From: Clostridiales bacterium
GTDB taxonomy: Bacteria; Bacillota; Clostridia; Oscillospirales; CAG-272
Length of the DNA stretch: 64,000 nt
Direction: 5' to 3'
Assembly (NCBI GenBank): GCA_016288155.1
Contig: JAEEYP010000063.1
Span: forward strand, 222,124 to 286,123
Below, one piece after another: positions 16,073 through 24,497 of this stretch; position 1 is the stretch's first letter, and each line of letters begins with the position of its first letter. The translations under genes and the position numbers were made by a program. The notes under the pieces are model-generated. The model was given only the letters and a program-made list of their open reading frames with translations. It was not told the DNA's origin and did not search any database.

Positions 16073-17037
16073 TGCCCGTCACGCTCCCGAACGATCCCTT
16101 CCCCGTCCGGCGGGATATATATGACCTCCGTCTCGATATCCACACCGTACCGCGCCGCGAGCGTCCTGCGGATCTCTTCGATCAGCGCAAGCACGTCGGC
16201 GCTCGACGCGCCGCCCCGGTTGACGATGAAGCCCGCGTGCTTCTCGGAGACCTCCGCGCCGCCGATACGCCGCCCCTTGAGACCGGCTTCGTCGATCATC
16301 TGTGCTGTATAGCGCCCCGGGTACCGTTTGAAAACACTTCCGGCACTCGGATATTCGAGCGGCTGTTTTTCTGCGCGGCTGCGCATATGGTCGTCCATCG
16401 CGGCGCGGATCGCTTCCGCGTCGCCCGGTGCAAGCCGGAGCTGCGCGGAGAGGATGATCCATTCCGGATGCTCCCGATACACGCTCGTACGGTAACCAAA
16501 ACGGTGTTCCTCAGCGCACAGTTTGCGGATCTCTCCGCTCGGTACGTGGTAGGCACGGGAGAACAAAAGGCACTGCGAGATCTCCCCGCCGTACGCGCCG
16601 GCGTTCATATAGACGGCGCCGCCGCAGCTTCCCGGGATCCCGTATGCGAATTCCAGTCCGGTCAGCGAAGCATCCAGTGCCGCGCGCGCGGCGGCGGTCA
16701 GCGGGACGCCGGCGCCGACGGTCAACGTGTTCCCCTCTCGCACGAGCATATGCAGTCCGGCGGTAGAAACGACGGCGCCGCGATACCCGTCGTCGTCAAA
16801 GAGCAGATTGCTCGCGCGACCCACGACCGTGCAGCGCACGCCGTATCGGTACGCCTGCCGCAGGACATAGCAAAATCCCGCCTCTGTCTCCGGTTCGAGC
16901 CAGGCGTCAGCTTCTCCGCCGATATGAAAGGTGGCGTGCCGGGACAGCGGCTCTTTTTCCAGCCACAGACCGCCGTCCCGCGCGATGCGGTCTCCGTCGC
17001 GTACCGCGGTACAGAAATCGTTCCAAGCGTTGTTCAT
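16069..17037 (-). CDS. murB: UDP-N-acetylenolpyruvoylglucosamine reductase
   Basis: FAD-binding FHIGGEAD and GIPGSCGGAVYMNAGAYGGE, C-terminal MurB domain. ATGA overlap with the upstream HAD gene. Confidence 0.9.
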   Translation of the reverse strand: MNNAWNDFCTAVRDGDRIARDGGLWLEKEPLSRHATFHIGGEADAWLEPETEAGFCYVLRQAYRYGVRCTVVGRASNLLFDDDGYRGAVVSTAGLHMLVREGNTLTVGAGVPLTAAARAALDASLTGLEFAYGIPGSCGGAVYMNAGAYGGEISQCLLFSRAYHVPSGEIRKLCAEEHRFGYRTSVYREHPEWIILSAQLRLAPGDAEAIRAAMDDHMRSRAEKQPLEYPSAGSVFKRYPGRYTAQMIDEAGLKGRRIGGAEVSEKHAGFIVNRGGASSADVLALIEEIRRTLAARYGVDIETEVIYIPPDGEGIVRERDGQ

Positions 17038-17741
17038 GTTCGCCTCCTGCGCAGATATTCCGGGAGTTCCCGGATGTCACATAGGACGGTGACGCACCCC
17101 GCCCGCTCCGGCACGGCATTCCCCTGGGGACAGATCCATACCGCGTCGATCCCGGCGGCGAGCGCGCCGGCAATATCCGAACTCCATGAATCGCCGATCA
17201 CGCAGCATTCCGCGGGCAGCGCGGCACCGATCTCCGTCATCACCGCCGAAAAAAACAGCGGAGACGGTTTGGCTGCGCCGATCTCGTCGGAAATGAAGAT
17301 GCCGGTGCAGTACGGCAGAAGTCCAGATCCCCGCAGGCGTTCTCTTTGGACCGGCGCGGTCCCGTTCGTGATGATATGCAGCGAGTATTCCGCCGCAAGT
17401 GCGCGGCAGACCTCCTCCGCTCCCTCCACCGTAAACGACTGGTGTGAAAGAAGACGGAAATACGCCCGGCTCAATTCCTCGCTGAGACCGCCGTCCCGGA
17501 TCCGCAGCTTCTCGAGCAGCATCGTGAACCGAAGAACGAAAAGACGCTCGCGGGAGATCTCACCGCGTTCGAGCCGCTTCCAGAGATCGTCGTTGATCCG
17601 ATGATACAGCGCGTACGTCTGCTCGTCGGGAAGAAGACCGTACGCGGAGAAAGCGGCGCAAAAGGCCGTCTTCTCCGCGCGGTCGAAATCAAGGAGCGTA
17701 TTGTCGAGATCGAAGAGCAGGTGACGGTAATCCTTCATCAC
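17034..17741 (-). CDS. HAD-IA hydrolase (YjjG-like nucleotidase family)
   Basis: LLFDLDNTLLDF motif I, ITNG motif II, GDSWSSDI motif III. Confidence 0.8.
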   Translation of the reverse strand: MMKDYRHLLFDLDNTLLDFDRAEKTAFCAAFSAYGLLPDEQTYALYHRINDDLWKRLERGEISRERLFVLRFTMLLEKLRIRDGGLSEELSRAYFRLLSHQSFTVEGAEEVCRALAAEYSLHIITNGTAPVQRERLRGSGLLPYCTGIFISDEIGAAKPSPLFFSAVMTEIGAALPAECCVIGDSWSSDIAGALAAGIDAVWICPQGNAVPERAGCVTVLCDIRELPEYLRRRRT

Positions 17742-18964
17742 TGCAGCGTGAAGCGGCGGAAGGTCTTCTTCCCTTTTTTCAGGATCACGCCGTCGCCGCG
17801 CAGTTTATCGGCACTCAGCGCGGCGTCGAACCGTTCGATCTTTTCGTCGCCGACGAAGATGCCGCCCTGCTGGATCAGCCGCTTTGCCTCTCCCTTGGAG
17901 GGAGCCATCCCGCCGAGAACGAGCATTTCCGCTATCTGGATCGCGCCGTCGCGGAGATTCTCCTCCGTCAGTTCCGTGTGAGGCATATCGTCGCTTGCGC
18001 CGCCGGAGCCGAAGATCGCGCGGGCGGCGGATTGCGCGCGCTCCGCTTCCTCCTCGCCGTGCACGAGCTTCGTCAGCTCGTATGCGAGGATCTCCTTCGC
18101 GGTGTTGAGGCGGCTCCCTTCCCAGTGATCCATCTCGTCGATCTGAGAAAGCGGAAGGAAGGTGAGCATGCGGATGCACTTCATGACGTCGCTGTCGCCG
18201 ACGTTGCGCCAATACTGATAGAAATCATACGGCGAGGTCTTCGCGGGATCGAGCCAGACGGCGTTCCCCGCCGTCTTGCCCATCTTTTTGCCGTTCGAGT
18301 CCGTCAGGAGCGTGATCGTCATGGCGTGCGCGTCCTTGCCCAGCTTGCGGCGGATCAGTTCCGTGCCGCCGAGCATGTTCGACCACTGGTCGTCGCCGCC
18401 GAACTGCATGTTGCAGCCGTACTTCTGGAAAAGATAGTAGAAGTCGTAGGACTGCATGATCATATAGTTGAATTCGAAGAAACTGAGTCCGCGTTCCATG
18501 CGGTTCTTATAACACTCGGCGCGCAGCATGTTGTTGACGGAAAAACAGGTGCCGACCTCACGCAGCAGTTCGACGTAATTCAGCCCGAGCAGCCAATCCG
18601 CGTTGTTCACCATCTGCGCCTTGCCCGGTCCGAAATCGATAAAGCGCTCCATCTGCCGACGGAAGCATTCCGCGTTGTGATCGATGTCTTCACGGGTCAG
18701 CATCTTCCGCATGTCCGTACGGCCGGAGGGATCGCCGATCATCGTCGTGCCGCCGCCGATCAGTGCGATCGGCTTGTTACCCGCCTCCTGCAAACGCTTC
18801 ATCAGCGTCAGCGCCATGAAATGACCTGCCGTCAGGCTGTCCGCCGTGCAGTCAAAGCCGATATAAAACGTCGCCTTGCCCTCGTTGACCATATCGCGGA
18901 TCTGTTCTTCGTCGGTGACCTGAGCGATCAATCCCCGTGCTTTCAGTTCTTCGTAGATTTTCAT
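17738..18964 (-). CDS. tyrS: tyrosine--tRNA ligase
   Basis: YIGFDCTADSLTAGH (HIGH-type), KMGKT (KMSKS-type), C-terminal S4-like domain. Confidence 0.95.
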   Translation of the reverse strand: MKIYEELKARGLIAQVTDEEQIRDMVNEGKATFYIGFDCTADSLTAGHFMALTLMKRLQEAGNKPIALIGGGTTMIGDPSGRTDMRKMLTREDIDHNAECFRRQMERFIDFGPGKAQMVNNADWLLGLNYVELLREVGTCFSVNNMLRAECYKNRMERGLSFFEFNYMIMQSYDFYYLFQKYGCNMQFGGDDQWSNMLGGTELIRRKLGKDAHAMTITLLTDSNGKKMGKTAGNAVWLDPAKTSPYDFYQYWRNVGDSDVMKCIRMLTFLPLSQIDEMDHWEGSRLNTAKEILAYELTKLVHGEEEAERAQSAARAIFGSGGASDDMPHTELTEENLRDGAIQIAEMLVLGGMAPSKGEAKRLIQQGGIFVGDEKIERFDAALSADKLRGDGVILKKGKKTFRRFTLQ

Positions 18965-18994
18965 CGTTTTGTCCTCCGGATCTTTCCGGCTCCT

Positions 18995-20701
18995 TTACTT
19001 GTGATATTGTGTATCGGGATTCTTTTCTACCATTTCGCGCGCGGCGTCCCGCTGCGTCTCCGTGACGGAGATGCCGCCGATGATGCGGGCGATCTCCGCG
19101 ACGCGGCCCTCCGCGTCCAGCTCCGCGATCTCGCTGACCGCGCGGCCGTCGGCCTCCGTTTTTCGAATAATGAGGTGCGTATCGGCTAGCGCGGCGATCT
19201 GCGGCGAGTGGGTGACGCAGAAGACCTGCGCCGTCTTTGACAGTTCCTTGAGTTTCAGCCCGATCCGCTCCGACGTTCCGCCGGATACGCCGGCGTCGAT
19301 CTCGTCGAATACGAGCATGTCGGACGCATTCCGTGAATGCAGCACGCAGCGCAGCGCGAGCATCACGCGAGACATTTCGCCGCCGGACGCCACGTGTCCG
19401 AGCGGCTGCGGTTCCTCTCCTGGATTGGCGGCGATCAGAAAACCGATCTCGTCTCCGCCCTCCGGACCGAAATGCCGCTCGCCGCCGCTGACGGCGCGCC
19501 GGACGTCCGCGACGAAGCGCGCCTTCGGCATATCGAGATAGGAAAGCGTTTCGGCGACGCCGCTCTCCAGCCTCCGTGCCGCCTCGCATCGCAGGGAGTG
19601 CAGTTTCTCCGCGCATTTCTCCACCGTATCGCGCAGCGCCGCCGCTTCTCCTTCCAGCTCGCTCAGTCGCTCGTCGCCCGCTTCCAGATCGGCGAGTTTT
19701 GCCGCGGCGTCGCGGCGGAAGGCGAGGATCTCGGATACGGTCGTCCCGTACTTTCTCTTCAGCCGTTCGATGGCGCTCAGCCGCGTTTCCACCGTGTTCA
19801 GAAGCTGCTCGGGATCGTTCCCTTCGTCCTCCGTAAGAAGTGCGTGCGCCTCCTCGCCGACGTCCTCGATCTCATAGCGGCAGGTGTCCAGCCGCGAGGC
19901 GAGTTCATCCGCTTTCGGCATCACGTCGGAGAGCTGGCGGAGCGCGGCGGAGGACTTCTGCAGGAGCACGGATACGGACGCGCCGCGCTCGTTCTGATTG
20001 AGCGCGTGATACACGAAGCCGGAATACTTCACGATCCGCTCGCGGTTTTTCAGCCGGGCACGCGCCGCGACCAGTTTCTCTTCCTCGTCCGGCGCGCCGA
20101 GGTGTGCCGCGTCGATCTCCCGGATCTGGTACTGAAGGATATCAGCGAGCATGTTCTTCTGCCGCAGCGACTCGCGCAGCGCGTCCGCATCGGCAAGAAG
20201 TTTCTGCCAGCGGGCGTACGGCGCGGCGTATTCCTCCCGCAGCGCGGCGGCGTCCGCGTATTCGTCGAGCAGCGCCGTCGGGAAGGATTTTTCGAGCAGG
20301 GAGCGCGAGCCGTCCTGCGCCTGGATGCCGATGAGCGCCGGACCGATCTCCCGGAGAACGGACAAAGGACAGGAGCGGCGGTTGATCCGCAGCGCGCTCC
20401 GTCCGTCGGCTTCCAGCGTGCGCACGACCTCCACCGTCCCTTCCTCATCCGGCTCGACGACCGCTTCCCGCAATACGTCAGGAAAGGAAAGTTCGGAAAA
20501 AACGGCGGCGACCGTAGCCCGTTCCGCCCCGGCACGCAGCATTTCCTTTGGGAATCTGCCGCCCGTCACGGCGTCGAGACAGTCGATGAGCACAGATTTT
20601 CCGGCACCGGTCTCCCCCGTCATGACGGTGAAGCCCTCGCCGAAGGTCACGTCCGTGCGGCGGATTACGGCGACGTTTTCAATATACAGCGACCGCAGCA
20701 T
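18995..20701 (-). CDS. recN: DNA repair protein RecN
   Basis: MLRSLYIENVAVI..., Walker A GETGAGKS, long coiled-coil middle, C-terminal SGGE signature and Walker B LVFDEID. Confidence 0.95.
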   Translation of the reverse strand: MLRSLYIENVAVIRRTDVTFGEGFTVMTGETGAGKSVLIDCLDAVTGGRFPKEMLRAGAERATVAAVFSELSFPDVLREAVVEPDEEGTVEVVRTLEADGRSALRINRRSCPLSVLREIGPALIGIQAQDGSRSLLEKSFPTALLDEYADAAALREEYAAPYARWQKLLADADALRESLRQKNMLADILQYQIREIDAAHLGAPDEEEKLVAARARLKNRERIVKYSGFVYHALNQNERGASVSVLLQKSSAALRQLSDVMPKADELASRLDTCRYEIEDVGEEAHALLTEDEGNDPEQLLNTVETRLSAIERLKRKYGTTVSEILAFRRDAAAKLADLEAGDERLSELEGEAAALRDTVEKCAEKLHSLRCEAARRLESGVAETLSYLDMPKARFVADVRRAVSGGERHFGPEGGDEIGFLIAANPGEEPQPLGHVASGGEMSRVMLALRCVLHSRNASDMLVFDEIDAGVSGGTSERIGLKLKELSKTAQVFCVTHSPQIAALADTHLIIRKTEADGRAVSEIAELDAEGRVAEIARIIGGISVTETQRDAAREMVEKNPDTQYHK

Positions 20702-20711
20702 ATTCAGACGT

Positions 20712-21164
20712 TCATTCCGTCGTCATACGGCGGATGCGGCGGCAGAGAGCGGACGCGGCCTCCGTGCTGTGCGCGACGATGATGATCGTATCGTCCCCCG
20801 CGACGCATCCGAGGATATCCTGCTCGTGCATGGAGTCGATGCCGGCCGCCACGGCGTTCGCAAGTCCCGGATACGTCTTGACGACGATATTGTTCATCGC
20901 AAAATCGACGCTCTTAACGGAACCGGACAGCGCCTTGCTGTACATGTGCTGTCCGTCCTGATTGCCGGGCTTCGGGATCACGTACTTGTAATTCCCCGTC
21001 TCCGACATCGTCTTGACGAGCTTGAGTTCGCGGATGTCTCGGGAGATCGTCGCCTGCGTGACGTCGAAGCCGGACACGCGGAGCTGCTCGATCAGTTCCT
21101 CCTGCGTTTCGATGTCACGTTCCGCAATGATCTCCATGATCTTGCTCTGTCGTTTCGTTTTCAT
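20712..21164 (-). CDS. argR: arginine repressor
   Basis: N-terminal winged helix RQSKIMEIIAERDIETQEELIEQLRVSGFDVTQATISRDIRELKL. C-terminal oligomerisation domain GCVAGDDTIIIV. Confidence 0.9.
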   Translation of the reverse strand: MKTKRQSKIMEIIAERDIETQEELIEQLRVSGFDVTQATISRDIRELKLVKTMSETGNYKYVIPKPGNQDGQHMYSKALSGSVKSVDFAMNNIVVKTYPGLANAVAAGIDSMHEQDILGCVAGDDTIIIVAHSTEAASALCRRIRRMTTE

Positions 21165-21195
21165 TGATTCGTCCTTCTCCTTATCTGTAGCCTAA

Positions 21196-22068
21196 TTATT
21201 GAAATTTATGTCTGAGGGCGCTGAGAAATCCGCCTTTTTTTACGCGCACGAGCGGCGTACGGTACTGAGAATGGCTGACGCGGACGATATCGCCGCGTCC
21301 GAGGATCAAAGTCTCCCTGCCGTCCACGGAAAGGTGGACGACGTTGTCGCCGCGCGTCTGCATGCACCGCAGCTCCAATACGGAATCGCCGCGGAATATG
21401 ACGGGGCGGTTGTTCATGGACTGCGGGCAGATCGGCGTGGAACAGATACAGTCGAGGCAGGGATCGAGCACCGGTCCTCCGGCTGAAAGCGAATAGGCGG
21501 TGGAGCCGGTCGGCGCGGCGAGGATCATCCCGTCCGCGCAGCAGTCCTCGACCAGTTCCCCGTCGCACCAAAGTTCAAAGGATAACAGGCGCGGCACGGG
21601 ACCGTTCGTCAGAACGATATCGTTCAGCGCCGGCGTGAAGGACGTTTCGCTTCCGTCGGCGTGCCGAACGAGAACGTCAAGCATGATCCGCTCGTCGATC
21701 GACGCCTCGCCGCGCAGGACCGCGCCGAGCAGTCCGATCTCCTCCGGCTCGATCTCCGCGAGATATCCGAGTCGTCCGAGATTGATGCCGGCGATGGGGA
21801 TGGAACGTCCGACGGTGCGGCGCGCCGCCTCGATGATGGAGCCGTCGCCGCCGAGCACGAGAAGGAGCTGGACATCCTCGTACAGCGCGGGCTCCGGCAG
21901 AAGGCGGATATCGCGGCAGATGCCGCGCAGAAGCGGTTCGGCACAAGTCGGCGCGACGAGCGCAGCGCCGTGTTCGGCGAACAGATCCCGGATCGAGAGG
22001 ATCAGCGACGGCGGGATCTGCTTATTGAGATTCGGGAGCAGCGCGGCGCGCCGGATCGGCACGGTCAT
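21196..22068 (-). CDS. nadK: NAD kinase
   Basis: Start at MTVPIRR (ATG 22068, ATGA overlap with the tlyA stop) rather than the 367-aa track ORF. GGDGS motif and C-terminal TGSTAYSLSAGGP. Confidence 0.9.
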   Translation of the reverse strand: MTVPIRRAALLPNLNKQIPPSLILSIRDLFAEHGAALVAPTCAEPLLRGICRDIRLLPEPALYEDVQLLLVLGGDGSIIEAARRTVGRSIPIAGINLGRLGYLAEIEPEEIGLLGAVLRGEASIDERIMLDVLVRHADGSETSFTPALNDIVLTNGPVPRLLSFELWCDGELVEDCCADGMILAAPTGSTAYSLSAGGPVLDPCLDCICSTPICPQSMNNRPVIFRGDSVLELRCMQTRGDNVVHLSVDGRETLILGRGDIVRVSHSQYRTPLVRVKKGGFLSALRHKFQ

Positions 22069-22844
22069 AGTGCAAGCACCTCCTCGATCACGGTATCGGT
22101 CACGGCGGATCCTTCCGCCGCTTTGCGGCAGTACATGAGATATTCCCTGTTCCCGTCCCCTCCGAGGATCGGCGAGGGGATCAGTCCCTGCGGTGGGAGG
22201 CCGACGGCGGACGCCGCATGGAGAACGCGGCGAATCGCCTCCCGGCGATGCCGCACCTCGCGCACGATCCCGCGGCGATCCGTCGCGCCGGGACCGCATT
22301 CGAACTGCGGTTTGATGAGTCCGACGTATACGCCGTCCGGCGCAAGCAGCGACGCGGCGGCCCCGAGGATCAGCGTCTGGGAAATGAACGATACGTCGGC
22401 AACGACGGCGTCACACAAGCAGCCGAGCATATCCGGCGTAAGATACCGCGCGTTGCAGTGCTCGAGATTCTCGATGCGCTCATCCGCGCACAGGGAGGGC
22501 GCAAGTTGCCCGGAGCCGGAATCGATCGCAAAGACGCGTGAAGCGCCGCGCCGGAGAAGACAGTCCGTAAAACCGCCCGTCGAAGCGCCGATATCCGCGC
22601 AGACCGCGCCGGCGACGGAGACGCCGAAGATGTCGAGCGCGCGTTCCAGCTTGACGCCGCCGCGTCCGACGTACGGATGCACGTGTCCGACGACCTCTAC
22701 GGTCGGCGGAGGATCGGACAAAAGAAGCGAAGGCTTATCGGCGCGTACGCCGCCGACGAACACACAGCCGTTTTCGATTAATTCTCTCGCGCGCGTGCGG
22801 CTCGGCGCAAGTCCGGATGCGGCAAGATATACGTCCAGTCTCAC
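22065..22844 (-). CDS. tlyA: TlyA-family rRNA 2'-O-methyltransferase (S4 + FtsJ domains)
   Basis: MRLDVYL...SRTRARELIENGCVFVGG (S4 domain), SAM motif DIGASTGGFTDCLL. Confidence 0.85.
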   Translation of the reverse strand: MRLDVYLAASGLAPSRTRARELIENGCVFVGGVRADKPSLLLSDPPPTVEVVGHVHPYVGRGGVKLERALDIFGVSVAGAVCADIGASTGGFTDCLLRRGASRVFAIDSGSGQLAPSLCADERIENLEHCNARYLTPDMLGCLCDAVVADVSFISQTLILGAAASLLAPDGVYVGLIKPQFECGPGATDRRGIVREVRHRREAIRRVLHAASAVGLPPQGLIPSPILGGDGNREYLMYCRKAAEGSAVTDTVIEEVLAL

Positions 22845-23293
22845 GGCAGCGGTACGAGAAAAGGGATCACGAAGCCGAGGAGCGCGCCGACCGCGACCTG
22901 AAAAGGCGTATGACCGATCAGTTCCTTCAGCCCGGCTTCCTGCACGGCGGGATCGCTGGACGCGAGATCGGAGAGAAGTTTGTTTATGACCTTCGCATGT
23001 TCGCCCGCGGCGCGGCGCACGCCGGTCGCGTCGTACATGACGATGCCGGCGAAGATCATACAGATCGCAAAATACGGCGAGTCGAACCCGTACTGCCGCA
23101 CGGAGGATACGGTCAGTGCCATGACCGTGGCGGCGTGGGAGGACGGCATCCCGCCGGCGGAAAGGAGCATCGCGAACTCCACTTTCCTGTCGCGGATGAT
23201 GAATATGAGAAATTTAATGATCTGCGCCATGGCGTAAGCGAGTAAGGCACACACCAGCATATGGTTGGATAAGAGGCTCTGCAAGACTGTCAT
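22841..23293 (-). CDS. divergent PAP2 / DUF212 (YuiD-like) membrane protein
   Basis: GGMPSSHAA motif, four hydrophobic segments, 150 aa. Confidence 0.75.
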   Translation of the reverse strand: MTVLQSLLSNHMLVCALLAYAMAQIIKFLIFIIRDRKVEFAMLLSAGGMPSSHAATVMALTVSSVRQYGFDSPYFAICMIFAGIVMYDATGVRRAAGEHAKVINKLLSDLASSDPAVQEAGLKELIGHTPFQVAVGALLGFVIPFLVPLP

Positions 23294-23297
23294 AGAT

Positions 23298-24179
23298 TCA
23301 ATGGTCCCTGCTCAGAAGATATTCCGCCAGACTGCACAAAAGTTCGCTTCCCGGATACGGGCGGATCGCCGCGACCGCGTCGGCGGTACATTCCTTGGCG
23401 AGCCGCTGCGCCTGATCCGGTGTGAGAAAGCTGAGTACCGTTTTCGTCCCGTTCTTTACGTCGCTGCCGACCGGCTTGCCGAGCTGCGCCGCGTCCCCAC
23501 GCACGTCGAGCAGATCGTCCACGATCTGGAATGCGAAACCGAGCCCGTCCGCATAGCGGCAGACGTCACGGATCGCATTTTCGGGCAGCGGTCCCGGCGC
23601 AGCGAAGCATCCGAGCAGCGAGGCGGAGCGGATCAGCGCGCCGGTCTTCAGCCGCTGGAGACTGTGCAGTTCATCGAGATCCGCGCACGTCTCCGAGCGG
23701 TCGAAATACTGTCCGCCCGTCATACCGAGCGCGCCCGCGCCGCGTCCGAGTTCGGCGACGGCACGGCGCACCGCGGCATCCGATACGTGCGTATTCGAGG
23801 CGGCGACCTCAAACGCCTGCGCGAGGAGCGCGTCGCCCGCGAGGAGCGCGTTCGCCTCGCCGAACGCCTTGTGGCAGGAGGGCTTCCCGCGGCGCATATC
23901 GTCGTTGTCCATGCAGGGGAGATCATCGTGGATGAGCGAATATGCGTGCACCATCTCCATGGCCGCGGCAAACGGGAGCGCCGCTTCTTCTTCCCCGCCG
24001 AAGAGTGCACAGAAGCGGAGCGTCAGAAAAGCACGGATCCGCTTTCCTCCGCCGAGCGTCGCGTAACGCATCGCCTCGGCGAGCGGCGTATCGCCGGAAT
24101 GCGCGGCGGACAGACATTCTTCGAGCGTCGCCTCCGTACGGAGCGCGGCGTCGCGCAGGGCGGCTTCAAGTGGCGTCAT
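23298..24179 (-). CDS. ispA: (2E,6E)-farnesyl diphosphate synthase / polyprenyl synthetase
   Basis: First Asp-rich motif LIHDDLPCMDNDDMRRG, second FQIVDDLLD. Confidence 0.85.
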   Translation of the reverse strand: MTPLEAALRDAALRTEATLEECLSAAHSGDTPLAEAMRYATLGGGKRIRAFLTLRFCALFGGEEEAALPFAAAMEMVHAYSLIHDDLPCMDNDDMRRGKPSCHKAFGEANALLAGDALLAQAFEVAASNTHVSDAAVRRAVAELGRGAGALGMTGGQYFDRSETCADLDELHSLQRLKTGALIRSASLLGCFAAPGPLPENAIRDVCRYADGLGFAFQIVDDLLDVRGDAAQLGKPVGSDVKNGTKTVLSFLTPDQAQRLAKECTADAVAAIRPYPGSELLCSLAEYLLSRDH

Positions 24180-24417
24180 GGCTGCCCTCCCCCGGCATAT
24201 CCGTTTCCGTCATCGTGCCGTCCTCCGCGGCGGAGAGGATCTTCACGCGCTGCTGCGCATGGTCGAGGCGCGCGTTGCACAGACGCACGAGCGCGACGCC
24301 CTCCTCATAGAGAGCGAGCGAGGCGTCAAGCGGCACGTCGCCGCCCTCCAGCGCCCGGACTATTTCTTCCAGCCGCGCCATCGCGGCCTCAAAGGTCATC
24401 GATTCGTCAGGTTTCAT
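24166..24417 (-). CDS. xseB: exodeoxyribonuclease VII small subunit
   Basis: 83 aa. FEAAMARLEEIVRALEGGDVPLDASLALYEEGVALVRLC is typical XseB. Confidence 0.9.
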   Translation of the reverse strand: MKPDESMTFEAAMARLEEIVRALEGGDVPLDASLALYEEGVALVRLCNARLDHAQQRVKILSAAEDGTMTETDMPGEGSHDAT

Positions 24418-24436
24418 CTGCCATCATTCCTTCCGC

Positions 24437-24474
24437 AAAAAAACGTCGGTCTTCTTCTGTTTACGTATCCGACG
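24437..24474 (-). terminator. terminator-like hairpin with U7 tract between the inserted lipoprotein genes and xseB
   Basis: CGTCGG...CCGACG (6 bp, long loop) followed on the minus strand by TTTTTTT. The stem is weak. Confidence 0.4.
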
Positions 24475-24497
24475 AAAAATGTAAGGCGAGCCGCCGG

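Noticed and set aside
21196-22299. Long N-terminal extensions of track ORFs. Examples: nadK 367 aa, xseA 503 aa, nusB 187 aa, folD 318 aa, the permease 719 aa, the GntR 182 aa, spoIIIAC 167 aa and spoIIIAD 199 aa.
   Set aside because: The extensions are Arg/Pro/Gly-rich, overlap the preceding gene, and lack an SD. Internal starts give canonical family N-termini with an SD or ATGA/GTGA coupling, so the shorter models were used.
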